The notes under the pieces were generated by a model, which had not been told where the DNA came from, did no database searches, and was given only the letters and a program-made list of their open reading frames with translations. This document shows positions 56,223 through 64,000 of a stretch of 64,000 nt of DNA, one piece after another. Position 1 is the first letter of the stretch. The number at the start of each line of letters is the position of its first letter. The stretch is taken from the NCBI GenBank assembly GCA_965213675.1, contig OZ243916.1, positions 2,432,001 to 2,496,000 on the forward strand. Reading direction: 5' to 3'. A program made the position numbers and the translations under genes. Source of the DNA: an uncultured Candidatus Binatia bacterium. GTDB taxonomy: Bacteria > Desulfobacterota > Binatia > UBA9968 > JAJDTQ01.

Positions 56223-59200
56223 ATGAAAATAGTTCTCGGCCCTTGGCACCCGCACCTTGAAGACGCCCTGGCGGATGAAATCCGCCAGCGGCGCGCGTGC
56301 GACCGCCTCGCCCCGCTGCTGTTGGTGGTGCCGTCCGATACGTTGCGCCGGCGCATCGAGGTCCTGCTGGCGCAAGAGCACAACCTCCACCTCTTGAACT
56401 TCGAACTGCTCACCTTCTCCCAACTCAGCCTGAGGCTCTACCAGGAGACCCACGGCGCGGTGGAACCGACGCGGCGGAGCGGGACCTTTATGGAAGAGGC
56501 CCTGAAGCGCGTGATTCCGGCTCAAGGCCGCTTCGCGGGCATTGCGGACAACGATGGCGCGTGTGCGGCGCTGTGGCAGACCCTGCGGGACCTCAAGGAC
56601 GCCGGGGTGGATCCCGATGCGGCCCTGGATGCGCTGCGGGAAGGGCTGTTCGCGAACCGCCACGTTTCCGCTCCGCATGACGACTTCCGGGAAGAACGCG
56701 GGGCGTCACGGGAAGGGCGTATCGGCAACCGCGATCACGACTCCCTGCAGGCTCTCTTCGAATTGCACCGCGAGGTGCAGCGCCGCTTTCCCGAATGGGA
56801 CGCACGCGACCGCCAGGACCTCGACGCCCAGGTCGTGCCGCTGGCGCCGCTCTCACGCTGGCTCGGGCAATTCGAACGCATCTACTACTACGGATTCTAC
56901 GACCTGACCCAGACCCAGTTGGACTTGTTGCGGAGCGTCGCCAGCGCCTGGCCCGTCACGCTGTTCTACCCGCTTGTCCGGGCGGACGCGGACTGGTCCT
57001 TCGCCGAAACATTCTTCGATCAATACTTGGTGGGACTGGCCGGGGCAGACGAAATCGTGGACCTGATCGGCGGCGTTGCCGCGACGGGGGACGACGCCGA
57101 AGCCGCGTCGCCGGCCGACACGGAACACGACGCGCCCGACGGCGGCGAACCCACCGCGCTCCGGGCAGGCAGCCACCCGGCCCGGGACAGCCGGCGCGGC
57201 CGGGCGCCCCGCCGCGAGGAGCTCAGTTGCGCCAGTCCGCGCGACGAGGTGCGCACCGCGGCCAAGCTGATCCTCGGGCTGGTGGAAGAAGAGGGCTTCC
57301 AATGGAGCCGGGTGGGCGTGACCGCGCGCACCCTGGATGGCTATCTTCCCTGGATCCGGGAGATCTTGCCCGCCCACGGCATCCCCTTCCACACGCCGGC
57401 GCGGGAGTCGCTGGCCCGGTCCCAGGGGGTGCGCGGCCTGCTGGCGCTGCTGGAACTGCCGGTGCGCGACTACCCGCGCGCCGGGGTCATCGATCTCCTG
57501 GCGTCCCACCGCTTCAACTTCAAGGCCGTGCTCGGACCCCAAGCCCACGCCCGGCCTGACCTGTGGGACGTGGCCACGCGGCTCCTGGGCATCGGGCGCG
57601 GCATGAGCGAATGGCGCCGGCTGGAGCGCTTCGGCGACACCGGGCTGGCGTACCGGCGCGAGCACGACGAGGACACGGACCAGCCCCGGCGCATCAAGGC
57701 CGAGGACATCCGCGCGCTGCTGCAGGCCGTGGAGGCGTTGCATGCGGAATTGAGCGCGCTGCCGCCGCACGGCGCGTGGTCGGAACTCGCGGGGCGCTGC
57801 CGCGCGCTCATGGACCGCTTCCTGGTACCCGTTTGGGACGAACGGGAACGGGGCATGACAGGCGCCATCGACAGCGTCCTGGACGAGCTGGCCGATCTGG
57901 ACCGCGTCGCCGCCCGCGTGGCGCTCCCGGCGTTTGCGGTGGCCCTGCGCAAGGGCCTGGAGCGGAGCTCGGTGCCGATCATAGGCCAAGCCGAGACCGG
58001 CGTCGCCGTGCTGGACGCCACCGCCGCCCGCGGTCTCCCCTTCGATGCCCTCTTTGTGCTGGGGATGAACGAGGGGACGTTCCCCCGCGCCATTCGCGAG
58101 GACCCCTTTCTTCCCGACCGCGCCCGGAACGTGTTCCAGACCGCACTAGGCTACAAGGTCGCTTCGAAGCTTGCGGGATACGACGAAGAGCGGCTCCTGT
58201 TCGCGCTGCTCACCAGCGCGGCGGCCAAACGCCTCTACTGCACCTGGCCGCGCGAGGACGCAGGGGAACGCGTGCTGGCGCGGTCGTGGTACCTGGAGCC
58301 GGACCGGCTGGAACCGGACGGCCCGAACGCGATCAGCACGGACGTGGCCACGCAGGTATTGCCGAAGAGCCTTCTGGGCCGAAACCCGCCGGCCCCCTTC
58401 GACCAGGACCGTTGGCTCCTGCCCGAAGAGTTGGCGGTACGCCGGGCGCTTTCGGGAAAGGACCCGCGCCCGCCCCTGCGCGCGGCCGGCGTCTCCATGG
58501 ACAGCTTCGAACGAAGCCTGAACGCGGTCCGCGCGCTGGAGGACAGCCGCGGCGCGCCGGGACCGTTCGACGGCGACACCGGCCCGCTGGTCGAAGCCTG
58601 GGCGGACGTGCTCAAGCGCGGCGTGTCGCCCTCGATGCTGGAGGCCTACGGGCGCTGCCCGTTCCAGTACTTCGCCAGCCGCGTGCTCCGCCTGGAACGG
58701 TTGGAGCGTCCGGAAGGCAAGGCGCCGGTGGGAGCCCTGGAATTGGGCGCGCTCTGTCACGAGATCCTGGAAGGCTTTTACGAAGACGCCGAGCAAGCCC
58801 TCCGGTCGGACTGGCGCGAGCGATTGGACCGCGTTGCCGCCCGAGTCCTGTCCGGCTTCGCGGAACGCAACCCCACGGGCTATCCCGCGGCGTGGGAGGT
58901 GGCCAAGGAAGAACTCGTGGACCTGCTGCGGCGGGAGGTCGAGGCGGATCGGCAGGCAATGAACGAACAGGGCTTCCGCCCCGTAGCGCTCGAACTGGAG
59001 CGAAGCGTGGACCTGGCCGCGGCGCTCGATACGGACTGGCCGGAACAGCTCCGGCACATCCGCCTTCAAGGACGGCTGGACCGCGTCGACTACAGCGAAG
59101 CCGACGGCCGTTACCGGATCGTGGACTACAAGTACAAGAGCGGCCGAAAGCCTAAGCCCGTGGACCAAGACCCCGCGCGCTCCGCGATCCGCGGGGAAAG

Positions 59201-59570
59201 GCTGCAACTGCCCCTCTACGTGCTGCTGGCGACCGGCCACCGGGACCACCGGCTCAACGTGCCTGCCACGGCCCAAGTGGACGCGGCCTGGCACTTTTTC
59301 GGTCCCCGTTGGGAAGACGGGCCGCTGTCCACCCGGGAGTTCGAGGGGCAGTCGTGGCGGGAGGCTGTGGGAGAACAGATTCGGGACACGATGACGCGCC
59401 TGCTGACGGGTGTGCGGGCGGGAGCGTTTCCCATGGTGCCCGGCGAGTATTGCGATCATTGCCAGGTATCGGAGATCTGCCGAGCGAAGCACCTTCCATC
59501 GGCCATGCGCGCGCGGCGGCATCCCACGGCGGAAGCGTTGACGCAGATGCGGAAGGCCAAGCCTGTTTAG
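56223..59570 (+). CDS. addB: AddB-like subunit: inactive helicase plus PD-(D/E)XK nuclease with Fe-S staple
   Basis: GFYDLT, LGMNEGTFP, RCPFQYF, GRLDRVD, IVDYK, LQLPLY, CDHC.....C. Confidence 0.85.
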   Translation: MKIVLGPWHPHLEDALADEIRQRRACDRLAPLLLVVPSDTLRRRIEVLLAQEHNLHLLNFELLTFSQLSLRLYQETHGAVEPTRRSGTFMEEALKRVIPAQGRFAGIADNDGACAALWQTLRDLKDAGVDPDAALDALREGLFANRHVSAPHDDFREERGASREGRIGNRDHDSLQALFELHREVQRRFPEWDARDRQDLDAQVVPLAPLSRWLGQFERIYYYGFYDLTQTQLDLLRSVASAWPVTLFYPLVRADADWSFAETFFDQYLVGLAGADEIVDLIGGVAATGDDAEAASPADTEHDAPDGGEPTALRAGSHPARDSRRGRAPRREELSCASPRDEVRTAAKLILGLVEEEGFQWSRVGVTARTLDGYLPWIREILPAHGIPFHTPARESLARSQGVRGLLALLELPVRDYPRAGVIDLLASHRFNFKAVLGPQAHARPDLWDVATRLLGIGRGMSEWRRLERFGDTGLAYRREHDEDTDQPRRIKAEDIRALLQAVEALHAELSALPPHGAWSELAGRCRALMDRFLVPVWDERERGMTGAIDSVLDELADLDRVAARVALPAFAVALRKGLERSSVPIIGQAETGVAVLDATAARGLPFDALFVLGMNEGTFPRAIREDPFLPDRARNVFQTALGYKVASKLAGYDEERLLFALLTSAAAKRLYCTWPREDAGERVLARSWYLEPDRLEPDGPNAISTDVATQVLPKSLLGRNPPAPFDQDRWLLPEELAVRRALSGKDPRPPLRAAGVSMDSFERSLNAVRALEDSRGAPGPFDGDTGPLVEAWADVLKRGVSPSMLEAYGRCPFQYFASRVLRLERLERPEGKAPVGALELGALCHEILEGFYEDAEQALRSDWRERLDRVAARVLSGFAERNPTGYPAAWEVAKEELVDLLRREVEADRQAMNEQGFRPVALELERSVDLAAALDTDWPEQLRHIRLQGRLDRVDYSEADGRYRIVDYKYKSGRKPKPVDQDPARSAIRGERLQLPLYVLLATGHRDHRLNVPATAQVDAAWHFFGPRWEDGPLSTREFEGQSWREAVGEQIRDTMTRLLTGVRAGAFPMVPGEYCDHCQVSEICRAKHLPSAMRARRHPTAEALTQMRKAKPV

Positions 59571-59581
59571 AAGGACCGGCC

Positions 59582-62500
59582 ATGATGCTTCCGCCCCCGG
59601 ACGATCACGAAAGACGCGCCGCCACCACCACCTTCGACCGCAACGTGGTGGTGACCGCGGGCGCGGGCACCGGCAAGACGACGCTCCTGGTGGAGCGTTG
59701 CGTCAACCTGCTGATTCGCGAGCCCGCGCCGTTGAAGGTGACCGACTTGGTGGCGCTGACCTTTACCAACAAGGCCGCCAACGAGATGAAGGCGCGCCTG
59801 CGCGAGCGCCTGGAAGATCTCGCCGGGGACAACGCGGCGCTGGTGTCCGAGCGCTCCGGGGTCGATGCGGAGCCGGCGTTCGAAGACTCCGGGGTCGATG
59901 ACCTGGAAGCGTTCCGGCGGCGCTACGAAATCACGCGCGACGACGTGGGCAAGCGCGCCGGCGAGGCGCTTCAACACCTGGAACGCGCTCACATCGGCAC
60001 CATTCACCATTTTACGGCCTCGCTGCTCCGGCTCTACCCGCTGGAGTCCGGACTGGACCCCGGGTTCCGGGACGGCGACGAACGGCTGCTGAAGGGACAC
60101 TTCGACAACGCCTGGGCACTTTGGCTCGACGGCGAGCTGTCGAGCACGGGTCCCCGGACCGGCGAGTGGAAGCAAGCCCTCGCCCGCTTCCCCCTGGATC
60201 AGCTCGGCGCCCTCGCGCGGCAACTGTGCGCGGAAGACGTGGACCTGGATCGGCTCCAGAGTGCCGGCGCCGGGGACGCCACCCACCCAGATCTCCGGGG
60301 ATGGCTGAGGTGGCTGAATGCCACGGCCAGAGACCTCGCCGAACGTTATCCACCGCCCGGCGCGAACGCGCTGGAGAAGGCGCTGCACGTGGCGGTGAAC
60401 ATCGTGAGGGCGGCGGCCAGCGGCAGCGCCACGCCGACCGCGGACGAACTCCGGCTGCTGGAGGCCAACATCAGCCATCGTCCCAAGGATTGGGACCCGG
60501 AGGACCACGAACGCGCGCGGGAACTCATCGCCGACGCCCGCCGACTGGCCGCGGTGGACCCGCAGGAACTGGCGCGTCTGTGCGCCTTGCTGGCGCCCTT
60601 CGCCCGGGAGACCCGCGCGGACCTGGCCCGCAAGGGGCTGGTGACCTTCGACGGCCTGCTGGTGCGCGCCCGGGACCTGCTGCGCGACCACCCGCGCATC
60701 CGGGAGGACCTGAAGGACCGATTCAAGGCCGTCCTGGTGGACGAGTTCCAAGACACCGATCCGCTCCAGTACGAGATCCTGCTGTGGCTGTGCGAGGAAC
60801 GCAGGCAACGCGCCGGTCACTGGCGCGACATACGTCTTGCCCCGGGCAAGCTGTTCGTGGTGGGGGACCCCAAGCAATCCATCTACGGTTTTCGCGGCGC
60901 CGACATCGAAGCCTACCTGAAAGTGGTGCAGGAAGTGATCGCGCACCAGGACGGAGCGCAACACCCCCTCACCGCCAACTTCAGAAGCGACCCCCGGATT
61001 CTGGAAGTCGTGAACGACATCTTCGGGCGGCTGATCGAGGAAAAGGCCGGCCTCCAGCCCGAATACACCGGCCTTCAGCCGGGAATCCAGCGACCAGCCG
61101 GAACGCCGGGTCCGGAACGAGACCGCCCGCCGGTGCGGGTGCGCCGGGTCACGACGGCAGGGAAATTGAACGCGGAACAGGCGCGCCGGGTGGAAGCGGA
61201 ATCCCTGGCCCGCTGGCTCGACGAGGAGGTGCTGGGGGGCCGGACCCTCGTGCGTGATCCGAACGGTAAGGAAATACCTGCCGAGCCAGGGCACGTGGCC
61301 TTTCTCTTTCGCGGCCTCACCAACGTGGCCATCTATCTGGAGGCGCTTCGCCGTCGCGGCATCGGCTACGTGGTGACGGGCGAACGGAGCTTCTTCGACG
61401 CCCCGGAGATCCAGGGCGTGGTGAATCTGCTGCGGGCCATCGACAACCCCCACGACCGGCTGGCGCTGGTGGGTGTGCTGCGCTCGCCGTTGGGCGGACA
61501 CGACGACACCGAGATCTACGCCCTCGCCCGCAATCGCCTGCTGGACTACCGCGCCGCGACGTGGGCCACCGGCGCGGACCTTCCCGGCACGACTCGGGAC
61601 CTGTATGAACGGCTTCTCAAGTTGCACCAGGAGGCCCGGTTCCTGGAAGCCGGACAAGCGGTAGCGCTCGTTTTACGGGAACTGCCGCTGTCCGTTTTGG
61701 CGGCGAGCACGGGGGCGGGCGCACAGGCCGTGGCCAATATCGAGAAAGTCCGCCTCGTGGCCGAGGAGACCGGCGCCGACGGTAGCGGCACGCTGAAGGA
61801 CGTGGTCGCCGAACTGGAACGGCGCATGCTGGAGCGCGAGCCCGAGTCCGAGAGCCCCTTGGCAGAGGAGGGTCTGGACGCCGTGCGCATCATGAGCATC
61901 CACGCGGCCAAGGGCCTGGAATTTCCCATCATGGTGTTGGCCGATGTCCTGGCGGTGACCGGAAGAGGCGGGCGGGAGGACGTGCACATACAACGGGATT
62001 GGGCCACCGGTCTCACGGGCTTCCGTGTCGGCGACCTGTGGAATCTCCCGGGCGTCTACATCGAGGGGAAACGGCGCCAGCGGAATGAGGCCGAACGCCG
62101 CCGCATCCTCTACGTGGCCATGACCCGGCCGCGGGAACAGTTGGTGATATCGTTCGCGAACCAGGGCGACGGAAAGGCTCGGAGCGACAGCCTGCTGGCC
62201 CTGATCGAGGAGGGCGCCAAGGCCGAACTGACCCACGCCGGCCACGAGGACCATCCCATCGTCGTCCCAACCGGCGTGGGAGAGATGGAAATCGAAGTGG
62301 TCGTGGAGCAGCCGGAAGCCCTTGGCGACAGCCGCTACGAGGAGAATCAGGCCGCGGATGCCGATGACGGGTCGGGGTTCAAGGATATGTGGCACCGGCG
62401 GCGCGAAGTCTGGGAAGAACGCAATCAACAGATCGTGTTCCGCTCGCCGACGGGGTCCAAGCCCGCGGGGGAGGCTGCCGAAGCCGAAGCGAAACGCCGG

Positions 62501-63055
62501 CCCGCCCGGCGGCGGTCCGGAGCCCGCGACCTCGATCGCGACACCGCGCTCAAGCTCGGCGTCGTGGCGCACAGCGTGCTCGAACACTGGGACTTCCAGA
62601 CAACGCGCGTCGCGGAGGACCTCGACGACGCCATCGCCCTGCACACAGCCGCCCTCCCGACCGAGGAGCGCGCGATTGTCGTCCGTGAACTGAAGAACAT
62701 CTGGCCCATCTTCACGGAGTCCGCGGTCTACGACGAGCTTCGCACCGCCCGCATCGTGGGTCGTGAAATGCCCTTCCTCATGCCCTGGAACGGGCAACAG
62801 ATCATGGAGGGGCGGATCGACCTCGTCTACGAGCGCGACGGGCGGCTCTACGTAGCCGATTACAAGACCGACCGGCTCACCGCCGAGGAAATCGGCCAGG
62901 CCATGAGCCAGTACGAACACCAGGCGTCGGTCTACAGCGAAGCCGTCCGGCGCGGCCTGGAGCGGGATGTGGCCGCCTTCCGGCTGATCCTGTTGCGGCT
63001 TGGCCGGGCCGTGGAGGTGCCGCTGAAGGCCAACGGCGGCAGCGACGTGCCGTGA
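59582..63055 (+). CDS. addA: AddA-like UvrD helicase-nuclease
   Basis: AGAGTGKT, TFTNKAANEM, VDEFQDT, VGDPKQSIYGFRGAD, HAAKGLEF, YVAMTR, GRIDL...DYKT. Confidence 0.9.
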   Translation: MMLPPPDDHERRAATTTFDRNVVVTAGAGTGKTTLLVERCVNLLIREPAPLKVTDLVALTFTNKAANEMKARLRERLEDLAGDNAALVSERSGVDAEPAFEDSGVDDLEAFRRRYEITRDDVGKRAGEALQHLERAHIGTIHHFTASLLRLYPLESGLDPGFRDGDERLLKGHFDNAWALWLDGELSSTGPRTGEWKQALARFPLDQLGALARQLCAEDVDLDRLQSAGAGDATHPDLRGWLRWLNATARDLAERYPPPGANALEKALHVAVNIVRAAASGSATPTADELRLLEANISHRPKDWDPEDHERARELIADARRLAAVDPQELARLCALLAPFARETRADLARKGLVTFDGLLVRARDLLRDHPRIREDLKDRFKAVLVDEFQDTDPLQYEILLWLCEERRQRAGHWRDIRLAPGKLFVVGDPKQSIYGFRGADIEAYLKVVQEVIAHQDGAQHPLTANFRSDPRILEVVNDIFGRLIEEKAGLQPEYTGLQPGIQRPAGTPGPERDRPPVRVRRVTTAGKLNAEQARRVEAESLARWLDEEVLGGRTLVRDPNGKEIPAEPGHVAFLFRGLTNVAIYLEALRRRGIGYVVTGERSFFDAPEIQGVVNLLRAIDNPHDRLALVGVLRSPLGGHDDTEIYALARNRLLDYRAATWATGADLPGTTRDLYERLLKLHQEARFLEAGQAVALVLRELPLSVLAASTGAGAQAVANIEKVRLVAEETGADGSGTLKDVVAELERRMLEREPESESPLAEEGLDAVRIMSIHAAKGLEFPIMVLADVLAVTGRGGREDVHIQRDWATGLTGFRVGDLWNLPGVYIEGKRRQRNEAERRRILYVAMTRPREQLVISFANQGDGKARSDSLLALIEEGAKAELTHAGHEDHPIVVPTGVGEMEIEVVVEQPEALGDSRYEENQAADADDGSGFKDMWHRRREVWEERNQQIVFRSPTGSKPAGEAAEAEAKRRPARRRSGARDLDRDTALKLGVVAHSVLEHWDFQTTRVAEDLDDAIALHTAALPTEERAIVVRELKNIWPIFTESAVYDELRTARIVGREMPFLMPWNGQQIMEGRIDLVYERDGRLYVADYKTDRLTAEEIGQAMSQYEHQASVYSEAVRRGLERDVAAFRLILLRLGRAVEVPLKANGGSDVP

Positions 63056-63205
63056 GAAGCGTTCGCCGCGGTGCATCGCGTCTCGCACGTATCTCCCGAC
63101 TCTCCCGAGAAAACGACACGGCGCGGCATCGTGGGCGTTGGATCGTTCGTGGAGCATCCTTCGCGGAGAGCACGGCCCGCGCCGCCCGCGACACCTCGTG
63201 AAGCC

Positions 63206-63991
63206 ATGAGAACCACCCCCCACATCACCGCCGAAGGAATGCTGGCCCGTCTCCGAGTCAAGCGGGGCGCCTTGGGTAAAGTGGCGCTGGTGGCCGGCCC
63301 GCGGGAACGCGGCGCGCGGCTGCGCGCCTCCCTGGAAAACCCGCGCAAGACCCTCGCCTTCCAGGACTACGAGATGCACACGGGCGAACTGGACGGGCGC
63401 CGCGTCACCGCCGGCAACGGCGGGCGCTACTCCGCGGACACGGCCATCACCACGGAACTGCTGTGCGCCGCCGGCGTGGAGACGCTGGTGCGGGTGGGTA
63501 GCTGCGGGTCGCTCCAGGAAACCGTGAAGCTCGGCGACATCGTCATCGTCACCGCCGCGGTCCGCGGCGACGGCGCGAGCCCCCGCTACGTCACCGACGA
63601 CTTCGACACGCTGTTCCGCCCGAACGCACCGGAACCGCACGGAGGGGACGCGCAACGCGCCCTGCCCCACCCGCGCGTGACGGAAGCGCTCACACGCGCC
63701 GCCGAGAGCCTCCACGTGCCGGTGCATCACGGCGCCGTGTTCACCACCGACGCCCTTTTCCGCGAAACCCCGCGACTCCTGGCGGCCCTCGAGGCGGAGG
63801 GAACCGCAGCCATCGACATGGTAACCGCCGCCTTCCTGACCGTGGCGCAAGCCAAGGGCGCGTGCGCCGGCGCCATCCTCGCGGTGTCGGACGAATGCGT
63901 CAGCGGCAAGCTGGGCTTCCACGGCGCCGCCTTCCGCCAAGCCGAGCAACGCATCATGGCAATCGCCCTCAAGGCACTGGCGTGGCTGTGA
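63206..63991 (+). CDS. Nucleoside phosphorylase family (Udp/DeoD-like), divergent active site
   Basis: RVGSCGSL, AVRGDGAS..Y, TTDALFRE, IDMVTA, AVSD. Confidence 0.85.
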   Translation: MRTTPHITAEGMLARLRVKRGALGKVALVAGPRERGARLRASLENPRKTLAFQDYEMHTGELDGRRVTAGNGGRYSADTAITTELLCAAGVETLVRVGSCGSLQETVKLGDIVIVTAAVRGDGASPRYVTDDFDTLFRPNAPEPHGGDAQRALPHPRVTEALTRAAESLHVPVHHGAVFTTDALFRETPRLLAALEAEGTAAIDMVTAAFLTVAQAKGACAGAILAVSDECVSGKLGFHGAAFRQAEQRIMAIALKALAWL

Positions 63992-64000
63992 CGCGCCAAG

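Noticed and set aside
56223-59570. Cas4-like nuclease suggested by the four-Cys PD-(D/E)XK domain
   Set aside because: It is the normal C-terminal Fe-S nuclease of AddB, adjacent to addA.
59309-59581. N-terminal extension of the AddA ORF
   Set aside because: Overlaps the end of addB; RBS-like AAGGA and family start favour ATG 59582.

Overview
High-GC bacterial chromosomal segment. The gene content (luciferase-like monooxygenases, TTT transporters, VOC proteins, form II CoxSLM, AddAB) suggests a Deltaproteobacteria/Binatia-like heterotroph; this is inference. The backbone is housekeeping and catabolic: oppABC, a heterodimeric ABC exporter, radA/dinB, hemE/hemY, a molybdo-flavoenzyme, a CoA-transferase/MaoC cluster, TTT transporters, a stand-alone NuoEF-like pair, aat, a LigAB-like dioxygenase, an L,D-transpeptidase, addBA and a nucleoside phosphorylase. 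There are two accessory zones. (1) 1-9.4 kb holds a broken TM0106-like nuclease, three toxin-antitoxin modules (one with a HigA-ImmA/IrrE peptidase fusion, one with a frameshifted toxin), duplicated alpha/beta hydrolases, and an IS110 remnant whose end abuts a palindromic REP-like repeat. (2) 50.5-55.1 kb is a decaying defence island: DUF262/GmrSD-like gene, MmeI-like remnant, and a Schlafen/AlbA_2-GHKL protein with an unusual beta-rich C-terminus, which is the best candidate for an undescribed system. Two families of non-coding palindromic repeats and an unexplained exact 23-bp copy of higB sequence were also seen. No rRNA, tRNA, CRISPR array or reverse transcriptase was recognised. All family assignments come from motif recognition by eye, not database searches.
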